A stretch of DNA of 64,000 nucleotides from an uncultured Coriobacteriaceae bacterium (GTDB lineage: Bacteria; Actinomycetota; Coriobacteriia; Coriobacteriales; Eggerthellaceae), in contig UQDJ01000001.1 in NCBI GenBank assembly GCA_900539675.1, forward strand, positions 39,776 through 103,775, written 5' to 3'. The translations under genes were made by a program, and so were the position numbers. Of the stretch, positions 19,611-28,593 are shown in pieces; position 1 is the stretch's first letter, and each line of letters begins with the position of its first letter. The notes beneath the pieces are model-generated. The model was not told the DNA's origin. It searched no databases and worked only from the letters and a program-made list of their open reading frames with translations.

Positions 19611-20672
19611 TTAGAACTGACGCAAGAATCTCATGTCGCCTTCAAGCAACATGCGCAGATCAGGAACGTCGTATTTCAGGCACGCTACGCGCTCAACACC
19701 TACACCAAAGGCAAAGCCAGAATAAACTTCTGGATCAATGCCGGACATGCGCAAAACATTGGGATCAACCATGCCGCAGCCCAGAATTTCAAGCCAGCCA
19801 GTACCCTTGCACATACGGCAGCCCTTGCCATGACAAATGCCACACGATACATCCACTTCTGCAGACGGTTCCGTGAACGGGAAGAAGTGCGCACGGAAAC
19901 GCGTCTTGCGTTCAGGGCCAAACATCTGCTTGCAAAAATATTCAAGCGTACCCTTCAAATCGCTGAAGGTAATGTTTTTGTCCACTGCTAAACCTTCGCA
20001 CTGCGTAAACTGCGGCAGATGCGACGGGTCTGCCACATCGCGGCGATATACCTTACCCGGCGCGATAACGTAAATAGGCAGGTCCTGATCTTCCATAGCG
20101 TGCACCTGTACGCCAGAAGTTTGGGTGCGCAGCAGTACGTCAGATTCGCCCCGTACGTTAGATTTTTCGCCCGAAAGATCGCGCACATAAAACGTGTCCT
20201 GCATAGAGCGGCTCGGATGGTCAGCTGGGGCATTGAGTGCCGTAAAGTTATACCAGTCGGTTTCCACTTCTGGACCCGTTGCTACCGAATAACCCAGGCC
20301 TAAAAAGATTTCCGAAATTTCATCGGTAATAGCATTAATCAAATGACGCGTGCCCATCTGCTGAGCGCGACCAGGAAGCGTAATATCAACCGCATCGGCT
20401 TCCATGCGCGCTTCCAGTTCTTTGTGGGATAAATCCTTCTTCTTGGACTCAAGCGCCGCTTCAATTTCGTTGCGTGCCGCATTTACCGTCTTGCCCACTT
20501 CAGCACGATATTCCTTGTCAATCTGACCCATGGAGCGCAGATACTTGGTCAAGGAACCAGACTTTCCCACCACTTCAACACGGATTTTTTCCAGCGCTGC
20601 CGTGTCAGACGCCTGACTAATTGCCGATAAGGTATCGGCGTGCAGGGATTTGATGTCGTCAACTACTGACAT
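19611..20672 (-). CDS. pheS: Phenylalanine--tRNA ligase alpha subunit
   Basis: Class II aaRS core (FTALNAPADHPSRSMQDTFYV, GLAVDKNITFSDLKGTLEYF...); start chosen at ATG 20672 (MSVVDD) with RBS gaaaggttgcgagga. Confidence 0.95.
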   Translation of the reverse strand: MSVVDDIKSLHADTLSAISQASDTAALEKIRVEVVGKSGSLTKYLRSMGQIDKEYRAEVGKTVNAARNEIEAALESKKKDLSHKELEARMEADAVDITLPGRAQQMGTRHLINAITDEISEIFLGLGYSVATGPEVETDWYNFTALNAPADHPSRSMQDTFYVRDLSGEKSNVRGESDVLLRTQTSGVQVHAMEDQDLPIYVIAPGKVYRRDVADPSHLPQFTQCEGLAVDKNITFSDLKGTLEYFCKQMFGPERKTRFRAHFFPFTEPSAEVDVSCGICHGKGCRMCKGTGWLEILGCGMVDPNVLRMSGIDPEVYSGFAFGVGVERVACLKYDVPDLRMLLEGDMRFLRQF

Positions 20673-20681
20673 TCCTCGCAA

Positions 20682-21000
20682 CCTTTCTTACTAACAATAA
20701 AAAAGAGCCCTTCTTCATCCTTAGAAATCCAAGGACGAGAAGGGCTCTCGCGGTACCACCCTGGTTGATAGCAACCCCGCCCTAGTAAGGCATGTTACGG
20801 CGGTTGTCTATCCACTCACAAGCTCTATAACGGGAGCTCCCGTCAAAGCTACTAACATCCATGGCACATTGTCAATTACCTGGGCTTTAGTCACGTTATT
20901 CGCACCTTGTCAGGCAATTGTAAAACCATCCTGGGTTCACTTTGATGCTCAGAAGGGAATCATACGCCTTGCAAACGCCGCCCTTTCAGCCTGGGAGCAA
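20682..21000 (-). promoter_or_regulatory. T-box riboswitch leader of pheS-pheT
   Basis: Minus strand carries the T-box consensus AACCAGGGTGGTACCGCG (plus 20749-20766), overlapping the 5' side of a terminator hairpin agagcccttct...agaagggctc + UUUUUU (plus 20704-20749) 30 nt before pheS ATG. Candidate UUC specifier ~190 nt upstream (plus ~20952). Confidence 0.7.
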
Positions 21001-21206
21001 CTCTCTGGTATGTTTGCACGTTGTGCGTATGCTGTCTTCGTCATCGTATGTGGCCCGTATTTTACCCCGATACCTCCAGGTATCAGGCGCATAAAGTATC
21101 CTTTGCACAAAAAGCACGGAGCGGCAAGGCAAGTAGTGCAACGGCAGTGCGCCTGCAATAGTGGCAGAAAGCATGTTTGAGGGCTGATGCGCTCTTCAGC
21201 TGGTGT

Positions 21207-21281
21207 GGAAACACTAGTGAGCGTTTTTTGCTAGCTCGTCAGCTAGCGCAGGAACACTAGTTAGCATTTTTAGCTAGCTCG
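21207..21281. repeat. Two direct copies of a ~32-bp palindrome-containing element (ggaa(a)cactagtKagcRttttt(t)gctagctcg) at the 3' end of the Hsp70 gene
   Basis: Copy 1 21207-21238, copy 2 21251-21281; copy 2 overlaps the last 8 codons of Hsp70. Contains 8-bp palindromes cactagtg and agctagct. Confidence 0.7.
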
Positions 21282-23038
21282 CGGGCATGCTTACTAGAAT
21301 TATCTAAGCGCTCGGCGGCAACAACGATGTTGCGCGCCTCTGCCTGCGGATCCAGACGTTCCTTCTTGCTAGGACGACGGGCTAACACGCGCGAAAGCTC
21401 ATTGATGTCCGATTTGATCGTGCGTTTTTCAGTTTTATCCAACTGTTTGCCTACGGCATTTAAAGCCGCATTTGCTTCGTTTAAGAGCTCTTGAGCCTTC
21501 TGGCGCACATCCAACGTAGCACGACGAAATTCGTCCTCTTCGGCGTAATCTTTTGCGTCCTGAATAGCACGTTCGATCTCTTCATCCGACATACGATCCG
21601 AATCGTCAATAACAATGGACTGTTCACGCCCGGTGCCCAAATCCTTAGCGGATACCGTTAGAATGCCATTCGTATCAATGTCGAAGGTCACTTCGATCTG
21701 TGGCACACCAGCTGGAGCGCGCTTAATACCCTTCAAGCGAAACGTACCAATAGCCTTGTTGTCCTTCGCCATAGGACGTTCACCTTGCAGGACCTTTATT
21801 TCAACACTGGTCTGAAACGGTGCTGCCGTACTGAAAATCTGCGAATAATGAACCGGCAGTGTCGTATTGCGCTCCACCAAACGGGTAGCTACGCCACCGA
21901 CTGTTTCAATAGACAAAGACAAAGGAGTTACGTCCAGCAGCAACAAGCTGTTTGCTGGAACAATATTAGCCGAAGATGCCGAGAGAGTTTCGCCCTGAAT
22001 AGCAGCGCCGGTTGCCACGCATTCATCGGGATTGATAGAAGCTGAAGGCTCTTTACCAGTCAGCGCACGCACATGGTCTTGAACAGCTGGAATACGGGTA
22101 GAGCCGCCTACCAGCAAAACGCAGCCCAGCTCGGATGCAGCAATGCCAGCATCGTTTAATGCTGATTGCACTGGATTGGTGGTACGCTCTACCAAATGAC
22201 GCGTCAGACGATCGAATTCTGCGCGCGTCAGCGTTTCGTCCATATGGAGTGGCTCAGCGCCATTCTGAACCAAAAAAGGCAAGTTTATCTGGGTCGACGT
22301 CATGCTTGACAGTTCTTTTTTGGCCGCTTCTGCCGCCTGACGAACGCGCTGCAGCGCCATAGCATCACGCACTTTAACGCCCGTCTTTTCTTGGAACCTC
22401 TGCAGCAGATATTCCACAATGCACTCATCGAAGTCATCGCCACCTAAGTGGTTATCGCCTGAAGTTGCTAAAACCTCGATAACATCATCGCCAATTTCAA
22501 TAATAGACACATCGAACGTGCCACCGCCCAGATCGTACACCATAACCTTTTGTGCTGTACCGTTATCCAAGCCATAAGCCAGTGCCGCACTAGTGGGTTC
22601 GTTGATAATACGCAGCACGTTTAAGCCAGCAATGCGCCCTGCGTCCTTGGTGGCCTGACGCTGAGAATCATCGAAGTAGGCTGGAACGGTAATCACCGCA
22701 TCGGTTACTTCTTGCCCTAAAAATGCCTCAGCGTCGCGGCGAAGCTTTGTCAAAATCATGGCCGAAAGTTCCTGGGGTGTATATGCTTTACCGTCAATGT
22801 TGACCGTCCACGAAGTACCCATGTGGCGCTTAACCGAAGCAATAGTGCGGCTAGGATTGACGGCTGCTTGGCGCGTAGCAATAGTACCCACTAAACGTTC
22901 GCCATCTTTAGAGAACGCCACTACACTTGGCGTGGTACGTTCACCTTCTGCGTTAGGAATAATGGTGGCATGACCACCTTCCATAGTAGCCATACAACTA
23001 TTTGTAGTTCCTAAATCGATACCAATGGTTGCACCCAT
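21257..23038 (-). CDS. Hsp70-family chaperone (DnaK-like, not followed by grpE)
   Basis: [22 protein letters not shown]... [14 protein letters not shown]... full NBD + SBD + lid; start at ATG 23038 with RBS agaaagagg. Confidence 0.9.
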   Translation of the reverse strand: MGATIGIDLGTTNSCMATMEGGHATIIPNAEGERTTPSVVAFSKDGERLVGTIATRQAAVNPSRTIASVKRHMGTSWTVNIDGKAYTPQELSAMILTKLRRDAEAFLGQEVTDAVITVPAYFDDSQRQATKDAGRIAGLNVLRIINEPTSAALAYGLDNGTAQKVMVYDLGGGTFDVSIIEIGDDVIEVLATSGDNHLGGDDFDECIVEYLLQRFQEKTGVKVRDAMALQRVRQAAEAAKKELSSMTSTQINLPFLVQNGAEPLHMDETLTRAEFDRLTRHLVERTTNPVQSALNDAGIAASELGCVLLVGGSTRIPAVQDHVRALTGKEPSASINPDECVATGAAIQGETLSASSANIVPANSLLLLDVTPLSLSIETVGGVATRLVERNTTLPVHYSQIFSTAAPFQTSVEIKVLQGERPMAKDNKAIGTFRLKGIKRAPAGVPQIEVTFDIDTNGILTVSAKDLGTGREQSIVIDDSDRMSDEEIERAIQDAKDYAEEDEFRRATLDVRQKAQELLNEANAALNAVGKQLDKTEKRTIKSDINELSRVLARRPSKKERLDPQAEARNIVVAAERLDNSSKHARELAKNAN

Positions 23039-23067
23039 GCAATGCCTCTTTCTCAAGCCACTCGAAA

Positions 23068-23200
23068 CGCTTTTATGTCGCAGTTCGTTTATATCAAATC
23101 TCGTTTATGCCACAGTTTGTTTATGCCAAATGTCGTTTATGTCACAGTTCATGTATGGCGCAGCTCGTTTCTGCCAAAGCACATTTATTCCAACGCTCGT
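23068..23200. repeat. Array of ~8 degenerate 16-17-bp iterons (CGTTTATGYCRCAGTT / YGTTTATRYCAAATNT alternating)
   Basis: Read directly: cgcttttatgtcgcagtt cgtttatatcaaatct cgtttatgccacagttt gtttatgccaaatgt cgtttatgtcacagttc atgtatggcgcagct cgtttctgccaaagcac...; period is not a multiple of 3 so not coding. Confidence 0.7.
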
Positions 23201-23344
23201 GCGCATGACGCACGTAGTTTCCAATAGCCCCTTCGCGCCTAAACAGTACCCAAATCAGTGTGCGAATTACACCCTTATCTCGGATCACCACTTAGACCAG
23301 TACCCGGATTGATGCCCGCAATAGGAGTGTTACAAGGTGCGACC

Positions 23345-24154
23345 TTAAAAGTAGAACGCGCCGCCTCCCCGCATCAGCATGGAACATGCATACTGCGCTA
23401 AACAGCAGCCGCAGCAAACAAACATGGGGTCAACACCCATCGAAAAGCCGCGCGCTTTACCCTGCTGTTGATATTCCTGTCCCGCCATCTGGAATTGCTG
23501 CTGAGCACGACGGTAGTCAGCATTGCGCGGGTCCATTTTAAGAGCGCGGCGAATCTGTTCGTTTGCCATCATTGAATTACCTGCTCCTTGGTTTGCCAAT
23601 GCGCTGAGGTAATACCAACGAGCATTACGTCCAGCAGACGTGATGGCGTTTAGTATGTTAACCGCTTGCTGATAGCGACCCGCATTGATGGCATCAATGG
23701 CAGAACGCACAGCGGGAGAATCGCCCACTTCAGCTTCAGGATGAATAGGCCCTGCTCCATAGCCGCCAAAGCCAAAGATGTCGTCGAAATCGATCGTAGT
23801 CCATCCATAAGGACCCTGAGACGTGTATCCGCCCTGGCCACCAGTACCTGTACCACCGAAGGGGTCGTAGCCAGACTGGCCTGCACCACCAGCGCTGCCA
23901 GGATTACCGGCGCCATACCCACCATACGCTCCGCCCTGCGCCGCATGAGCACGGCGGTCACTTGCAGCATATTTTTCGGGGTTGGTAATACGGTCGTACG
24001 CTTCGTTAATTTCATTCATGCGTTCAGCCGCTTGAGGATCGTTAGGATTCAAATCAGGATGATTTTCGCGAGCCTTCTTGCGGTAGGCCTTCTTGATTTC
24101 ATCCTCAGACGCATCACGACTTACGCCTAAAACCTCATACGGGTCTTTATTCAT
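23345..24154 (-). CDS. J-domain protein with Gly-rich linker, TPR-like segment and Cys-rich C-terminus
   Basis: MNKDPYEVLGVSRDASEDEIKKAYRKKARENHPDLNP (J domain with HPD); GGYGAGNPGSAGG linker; C-terminal FVCCGCCLAQYAC. Start at ATG 24154 with RBS aaggaga. Confidence 0.8.
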   Translation of the reverse strand: MNKDPYEVLGVSRDASEDEIKKAYRKKARENHPDLNPNDPQAAERMNEINEAYDRITNPEKYAASDRRAHAAQGGAYGGYGAGNPGSAGGAGQSGYDPFGGTGTGGQGGYTSQGPYGWTTIDFDDIFGFGGYGAGPIHPEAEVGDSPAVRSAIDAINAGRYQQAVNILNAITSAGRNARWYYLSALANQGAGNSMMANEQIRRALKMDPRNADYRRAQQQFQMAGQEYQQQGKARGFSMGVDPMFVCCGCCLAQYACSMLMRGGGAFYF

Positions 24155-25055
24155 GGTGTGTCTTTTTCTCCTTCGCCTCAAACCTCTGCCATACGCCCGC
24201 ATAGAGCACACTGCGCATCAGATGCAAATCACGCTCAAGCGGCAACCGCTCAAATGCATCGGTCATACCCGCTGCTAAAAACTCCAAGTTTTCACGCAGC
24301 GTTTGCGTGTCATGTTCTATTCCTTTGAAGGGATTATACGAACCAGCCTTTAAATCTTCTTCCAAATCCATGGCTGCATCCATGACATACACGAACTTTC
24401 CCAATCGAGCACCAAAACGTCGCAAATCTGTTGACCAAAAGTCATCCTTATACACGAATAGGTCACCCAGCATGAGTCCAAAACAGTTTGCCGGCGCATC
24501 GGGAGATACGATATTTGCCTCCGGTGAATTAACGGACACCTGTACACCAGCCGCCTGTACACCAGCCGCCTGTTCACCCAGTGCCCCCAGTGCCCGTGCA
24601 TCCGCCATCTGTTCCAGCCGACGAATCTCAGCCATAGCGGTTTCGATCGTGGCACACGACTTAGGCCTGCGCTGTTTGGCTTTCTTATAGGCACCGCGTA
24701 GCACCGCTGCCCCGCTTCGGCTTAATCGGGAATGATCGTCATACCAGTTATCCATCAGCTTGTGATAAGCCAGTGCCACGCTCAGATCTGCTGCATAATC
24801 ACTCAATTCTGAGCGCACATACTGTTGCGGATTGCAGGGATGTGCTGGACAGCGCTTCGCACCCGACTGCTCTTGAGGTTCGTATAGCGATCCAAGCACC
24901 AAAACCATAAAGGTGAGATCATATGAAACCGTAAGTCGGCATGCCTGGCCATAGCGTTCTTTTAACGATTGGCACACACCGCAATACACCGCATGGTAGC
25001 GCTGTTTTTCATTGTCGTTGAGACTCTCTAAACTGGGAAGAATAAAGCCGAACAA
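24147..25055 (-). CDS. Conserved hypothetical Cys-rich protein co-transcribed with J-domain/Hsp70 genes
   Basis: 302 aa; YCGVCQSLKERYG...CRLTVSYDLTFMVLVLGSLYEP...KRCPAHPC; TTG start 8 nt after hisI stop with RBS gtgagga; 3' end overlaps J-protein start by 8 nt. Confidence 0.5.
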   Translation of the reverse strand: MFGFILPSLESLNDNEKQRYHAVYCGVCQSLKERYGQACRLTVSYDLTFMVLVLGSLYEPQEQSGAKRCPAHPCNPQQYVRSELSDYAADLSVALAYHKLMDNWYDDHSRLSRSGAAVLRGAYKKAKQRRPKSCATIETAMAEIRRLEQMADARALGALGEQAAGVQAAGVQVSVNSPEANIVSPDAPANCFGLMLGDLFVYKDDFWSTDLRRFGARLGKFVYVMDAAMDLEEDLKAGSYNPFKGIEHDTQTLRENLEFLAAGMTDAFERLPLERDLHLMRSVLYAGVWQRFEAKEKKTHHE

Positions 25056-25062
25056 GCAATCC

Positions 25063-25401
25063 TCACTTGACTACATAGTCTGCCAAATCAAAGTGGCGGT
25101 AGAAACAAGAAGTAGCCCCTGTATGGCACGCCGGCCCTGCCGGAATCACCAAAGCAAGCAGCGTATCCTTATCGCAATCATAGCGCAGCTGCACCAGCTG
25201 CTGGGTATTGCCCGATTCTTCGCCTTTATGCCACAGCTTCTGACGACTGCGCGAATAAAACCATGTCGTGCGTTGTTCCAATGTAAGACGCAGCGATTCT
25301 TCATTCATCCATGCCATCATGAGCACTTCAAGTGAATCGGCGTCCTGCACGATACAGGGAATAAGACCATCGGCATTGTAGGTCAGCTCATCAAGATTCA
25401 T
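25063..25401 (-). CDS. hisI: Phosphoribosyl-AMP cyclohydrolase
   Basis: 112 aa; [26 protein letters not shown]...[21 protein letters not shown] - HisI signature. Confidence 0.9.
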   Translation of the reverse strand: MNLDELTYNADGLIPCIVQDADSLEVLMMAWMNEESLRLTLEQRTTWFYSRSRQKLWHKGEESGNTQQLVQLRYDCDKDTLLALVIPAGPACHTGATSCFYRHFDLADYVVK

Positions 25402-25413
25402 AGTAAAGTCCCT

Positions 25414-26178
25414 TTATAGACGAACGGGAATCCCTTGGGAAGCCATATATTCTTTCACTTCACGAATAGTAAATTCGCCAAAATGAAAAACGCTTGCCGC
25501 AAGAACTGCATCGGCTTCACCTTCAAGAATTCCTTCAGCAAAATGCTCAAGCTTCCCAATACCGCCCGAAGCGATAACCGGAATAGTGACTGCACGAGCA
25601 ACCGATCGTGTAAGCGCAAGATCAAAGCCATCACGGCTGCCGTCACGATCCATGCTGGTAAGCAAAATTTCGCCCGCGCCACGGCGGCATGCTTCACGCG
25701 CCCACTCCACCGCATCAACACCGGTGTTCTTACGGCCGCCATGCACGTACACTTCCCACTTATTGGGATTGCCGGGAACCTGTTTAGCATCAATGGCACA
25801 AACGATAGCCTGCCCGCCAAACGCTCGAGCTGCCTGAGTAATAAGTTCAGGATTTGCCAGCGCAGCAGAGTTGATAGAAACCTTATCAGCACCAGCAGCA
25901 ATCATCGTACGGATATCTGCCACACTGCGAAAACCGCCACCCACGCAATAGGGCAAATGCAACTCTTCGCTGGCACGGCTTGCCATATCAACCGTGGTTT
26001 TTCGACCATCACTTGTAGCAGTGATATCTAAAAACACCACCTCATCGGCACGCTGCTCGTCATAGCGCTGAGCCAATTCGATAGGATCTCCTGCATCGCG
26101 CAGATTGACGAAATTCACACCTTTAACCACGCGTCCATCTTTAACATCCATGCAAGGTATAACTCGTTTAGTCAGCAT
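25414..26178 (-). CDS. hisF: Imidazole glycerol phosphate synthase cyclase subunit
   Basis: [32 protein letters not shown]...; TIM-barrel HisF; start at ATG 26178. Confidence 0.9.
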   Translation of the reverse strand: MLTKRVIPCMDVKDGRVVKGVNFVNLRDAGDPIELAQRYDEQRADEVVFLDITATSDGRKTTVDMASRASEELHLPYCVGGGFRSVADIRTMIAAGADKVSINSAALANPELITQAARAFGGQAIVCAIDAKQVPGNPNKWEVYVHGGRKNTGVDAVEWAREACRRGAGEILLTSMDRDGSRDGFDLALTRSVARAVTIPVIASGGIGKLEHFAEGILEGEADAVLAASVFHFGEFTIREVKEYMASQGIPVRL

Positions 26179-26347
26179 TGTTGATCCTTTTATATCACGC
26201 ACGTATCTCGCAACGAAACATTCGTGCTGCATCCCTGTAGCGAGCCTTCGCCTGTATTAAAAGGCCACCCACTACGTACGTCTTCATCTCACGGCGCCTC
26301 TAGGGCCTTACCTTTGACTTCGCCTTCGCCTTTGCCTTTACCTTTAC

Positions 26348-27073
26348 CTATGCCTGAGCGCATAGTTGCAGCGCTTGTGCCACATCAAGCGTGCCCTCAT
26401 AGACGGCACGTCCCGCAATGACTCCTTCAATAGAAGATGCCACCTGAGCTAAGTTTTGAATGTCTTCGATGTTGGCCACTCCGCCTGAAGCAATAACGGG
26501 ATTGCCAAATACGTGCGCCACTTCTACATAACGCTTCGCATCAATGCCAGTTTGCATGCCATCGCGAGCAATGTCGGTATATACCAAGTGCTTAAATCCC
26601 TGTGAGCCCACCTCAGCTATCAACTCATCTGCAGGCACACCGGCGCCCTCGCGCCATCCTTCAACAGCAACTTCACCGTTCTTAGCATCAATGCCCGCCA
26701 CCAAGATATCACCATATGACGCGAGCGCCTGTGCGGCAAAAGCCTGATCCGTAACGAGTGTCGTACCCAGCACCACACGCGATACGCCTGCATTCACCAA
26801 GCGTGCAATCGTGTCCATGCTGCGCACGCCACCACCCACTTCAACGTGGAGACCCGTTTCGCGAATGATGCGCTCAATCAAAGGGAGGTTTTCTGGCACG
26901 CCACTGCGCGCACCGTTGAGATCTACCACATGAATCCACTTTGCACCTGCCTGACAAAACGCAGTTGCCTGAGCCACAGGATCGTCATTGTAAACGGTCA
27001 CCGCATCATAGTTACCCTTCGCAAGACGAACGGCCTTGCCATCCAAAATATCGATTGCAGGAAGTAGATCCAT
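26348..27073 (-). CDS. hisA: ProFAR isomerase
   Basis: MDLLPAIDILDGKAVRLAKGNYDAV...; start ATG 27073 with RBS gaggag. Confidence 0.9.
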   Translation of the reverse strand: MDLLPAIDILDGKAVRLAKGNYDAVTVYNDDPVAQATAFCQAGAKWIHVVDLNGARSGVPENLPLIERIIRETGLHVEVGGGVRSMDTIARLVNAGVSRVVLGTTLVTDQAFAAQALASYGDILVAGIDAKNGEVAVEGWREGAGVPADELIAEVGSQGFKHLVYTDIARDGMQTGIDAKRYVEVAHVFGNPVIASGGVANIEDIQNLAQVASSIEGVIAGRAVYEGTLDVAQALQLCAQA

Positions 27074-27175
27074 CACACTCTCCTCATACGCGCCTCGCAC
27101 CTGTCTTATCTACACGTCTATGCGTCTTGCGCATCTCCTACACGCCGGCGCATCTCATGCCCGTCTTATGCACGC

Positions 27176-27916
27176 CTAATACACACGCTGGCTATCGATT
27201 AAACGCACAAAGTTCTTCATAATCTGCGCGCCCACATCCGACGATTTTTCCGGATGGAACTGCAGACCAAAAATAGTATCACCCTTCTGCACAACGCTGG
27301 GAAATGTTACCGAATGGGTGGTGGTAGCTAGGGTATAAGGGTTTTCGGGTGCAATATAGCTGTGGGTGAAATAAAAATACTCACCCGGTTTAATGCCCTG
27401 CAACAACGGACATTTGTGGGCAACATCTTCAGAAAAGTCGATCGAATCCCATCCCACGTGAGGCACTTTATAGCGCACGCCCGAAGCATCGTATTCCGGC
27501 ATGCGATCCACTACACCAGGAATAAGGCCAATGCCTTCGGTGGTAAGCTGGGCTGAAGTACCTTCAGCAGTGACCGGGACCTGATCATCTTCTGCCACGG
27601 CTTGATCTGGCATATCTTCAACGGTGGTCTTGCCCGGTGCGCCTTCAGTACCCGCTTCAAACAGCAAATGTAAACCCAAACAAATGCCCATGAAAGGCTT
27701 GCCCTGCGCCAAAGCTTCGCGCAACGCCTCCATCTGACCTGTTAAAAACATGGTGGCTGAAGCGTCAGCAAAAGCCCCAACACCCGGCAATACGATAGCG
27801 GCAGCCGAAGCAATATCTGCCGGACTATCGGTAATACGCGCATCACCATTGGCGTCTATCAGACCACGTTCTACGCTGCGTAAATTCCCTTTGCAATAAT
27901 CTACAACTGCAATCAT
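27176..27916 (-). CDS. hisH: Imidazole glycerol phosphate synthase glutaminase subunit (with ~40-aa acidic insertion)
   Basis: MIAVVDYCKGNLRSV...LPGVGAF...GICLGLHLLF...HPEKS; class I GATase triad; unusually long (246 aa). Confidence 0.9.
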   Translation of the reverse strand: MIAVVDYCKGNLRSVERGLIDANGDARITDSPADIASAAAIVLPGVGAFADASATMFLTGQMEALREALAQGKPFMGICLGLHLLFEAGTEGAPGKTTVEDMPDQAVAEDDQVPVTAEGTSAQLTTEGIGLIPGVVDRMPEYDASGVRYKVPHVGWDSIDFSEDVAHKCPLLQGIKPGEYFYFTHSYIAPENPYTLATTTHSVTFPSVVQKGDTIFGLQFHPEKSSDVGAQIMKNFVRLIDSQRVY

Positions 27917-28593
27917 AAAGCACCTTTCGTCGAGGGCACCTGACCGGCCATACGCGGATCAAGCTCAAGCGCATAACGCATCGCCCGTCCCACCGCCTTA
28001 AAGCATGCCTCAACGATATGATGCGCGTTTTCGCCTTCAAGCAGTTTGACGTGCAAACTCACGTGTGCGTTACTGGCGAACGCGACAAAGAATTCCTTCG
28101 CAAGCGAAGAGTCAAAGCTACCCAACAAACACAAGGGCACATCCGCATCCCAGTACAACTGCCCGCGTCCTGAAATATCAACCGCTGCCAGCACCAATGC
28201 TTCATCCATGACTACCATCTGCGACGCAAAGCGCGTGATGCCGCGTTTGTCTGCCATAGCCTGCGCAAAAGCCTGTCCCAGCACAATGCCAACATCTTCT
28301 ACCGTGTGATGGGCATCTACATCCAAATCGCCCTTGGCATGCACCATAAGATCAATGAGACCGTGCCGGCCAAATGCATCCAGCATGTGATTAAAAAAAC
28401 CAACGCCAGTTTCAATATCAGTTATGCCGGTGCCATCCAAGTTAAGAGAAAGTGAAATGTCTGTTTCCTTGGTGGTGCGCGCTATAGTTGCACAGCGCTG
28501 CTCGGGTGGCAAAGCATTGCCTGTCCCTTGTTCCGTATCGCAGGGCAACTCATGAGGCTCTACACTGTGCTGCCCATGAAGGTTCGGCGTCAT
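27913..28593 (-). CDS. hisB: Imidazoleglycerol-phosphate dehydratase (N-terminally extended)
   Basis: ...RTTKETDISLSLNLDGTG...HHTVEDVGIVLG... IGPD motifs; ~30-aa N-terminal extension. Confidence 0.9.
   Translation of the reverse strand: MTPNLHGQHSVEPHELPCDTEQGTGNALPPEQRCATIARTTKETDISLSLNLDGTGITDIETGVGFFNHMLDAFGRHGLIDLMVHAKGDLDVDAHHTVEDVGIVLGQAFAQAMADKRGITRFASQMVVMDEALVLAAVDISGRGQLYWDADVPLCLLGSFDSSLAKEFFVAFASNAHVSLHVKLLEGENAHHIVEACFKAVGRAMRYALELDPRMAGQVPSTKGAL

Noticed and set aside
20869-21180. 103-aa plus-strand ORF upstream of pheS
   Set aside because: The region is better explained as the minus-strand T-box leader/promoter of pheST and the 3' region of the Hsp70 gene. The ORF has no RBS and no recognisable domain.
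23025-23312. 95-aa and 61-aa ORFs with internally repetitive peptides between J-protein and Hsp70 genes
   Set aside because: The repetitiveness comes from a DNA-level 16-17-bp iteron, a period that is not a multiple of 3. Both ORFs are on the strand opposite to all flanking genes and lack an RBS. The region is treated as non-coding repeat DNA.
25435-26031. 198-aa plus-strand ORF
   Set aside because: It is antisense to hisF, whose translation is canonical.
26233-26347. Possible CRISPR-like or minisatellite array in the hisA-hisF spacer
   Set aside because: It is only a ~40-bp hexamer micro-repeat with no spacer-repeat architecture and no cas genes anywhere in the window, so it is reported only as a simple repeat.
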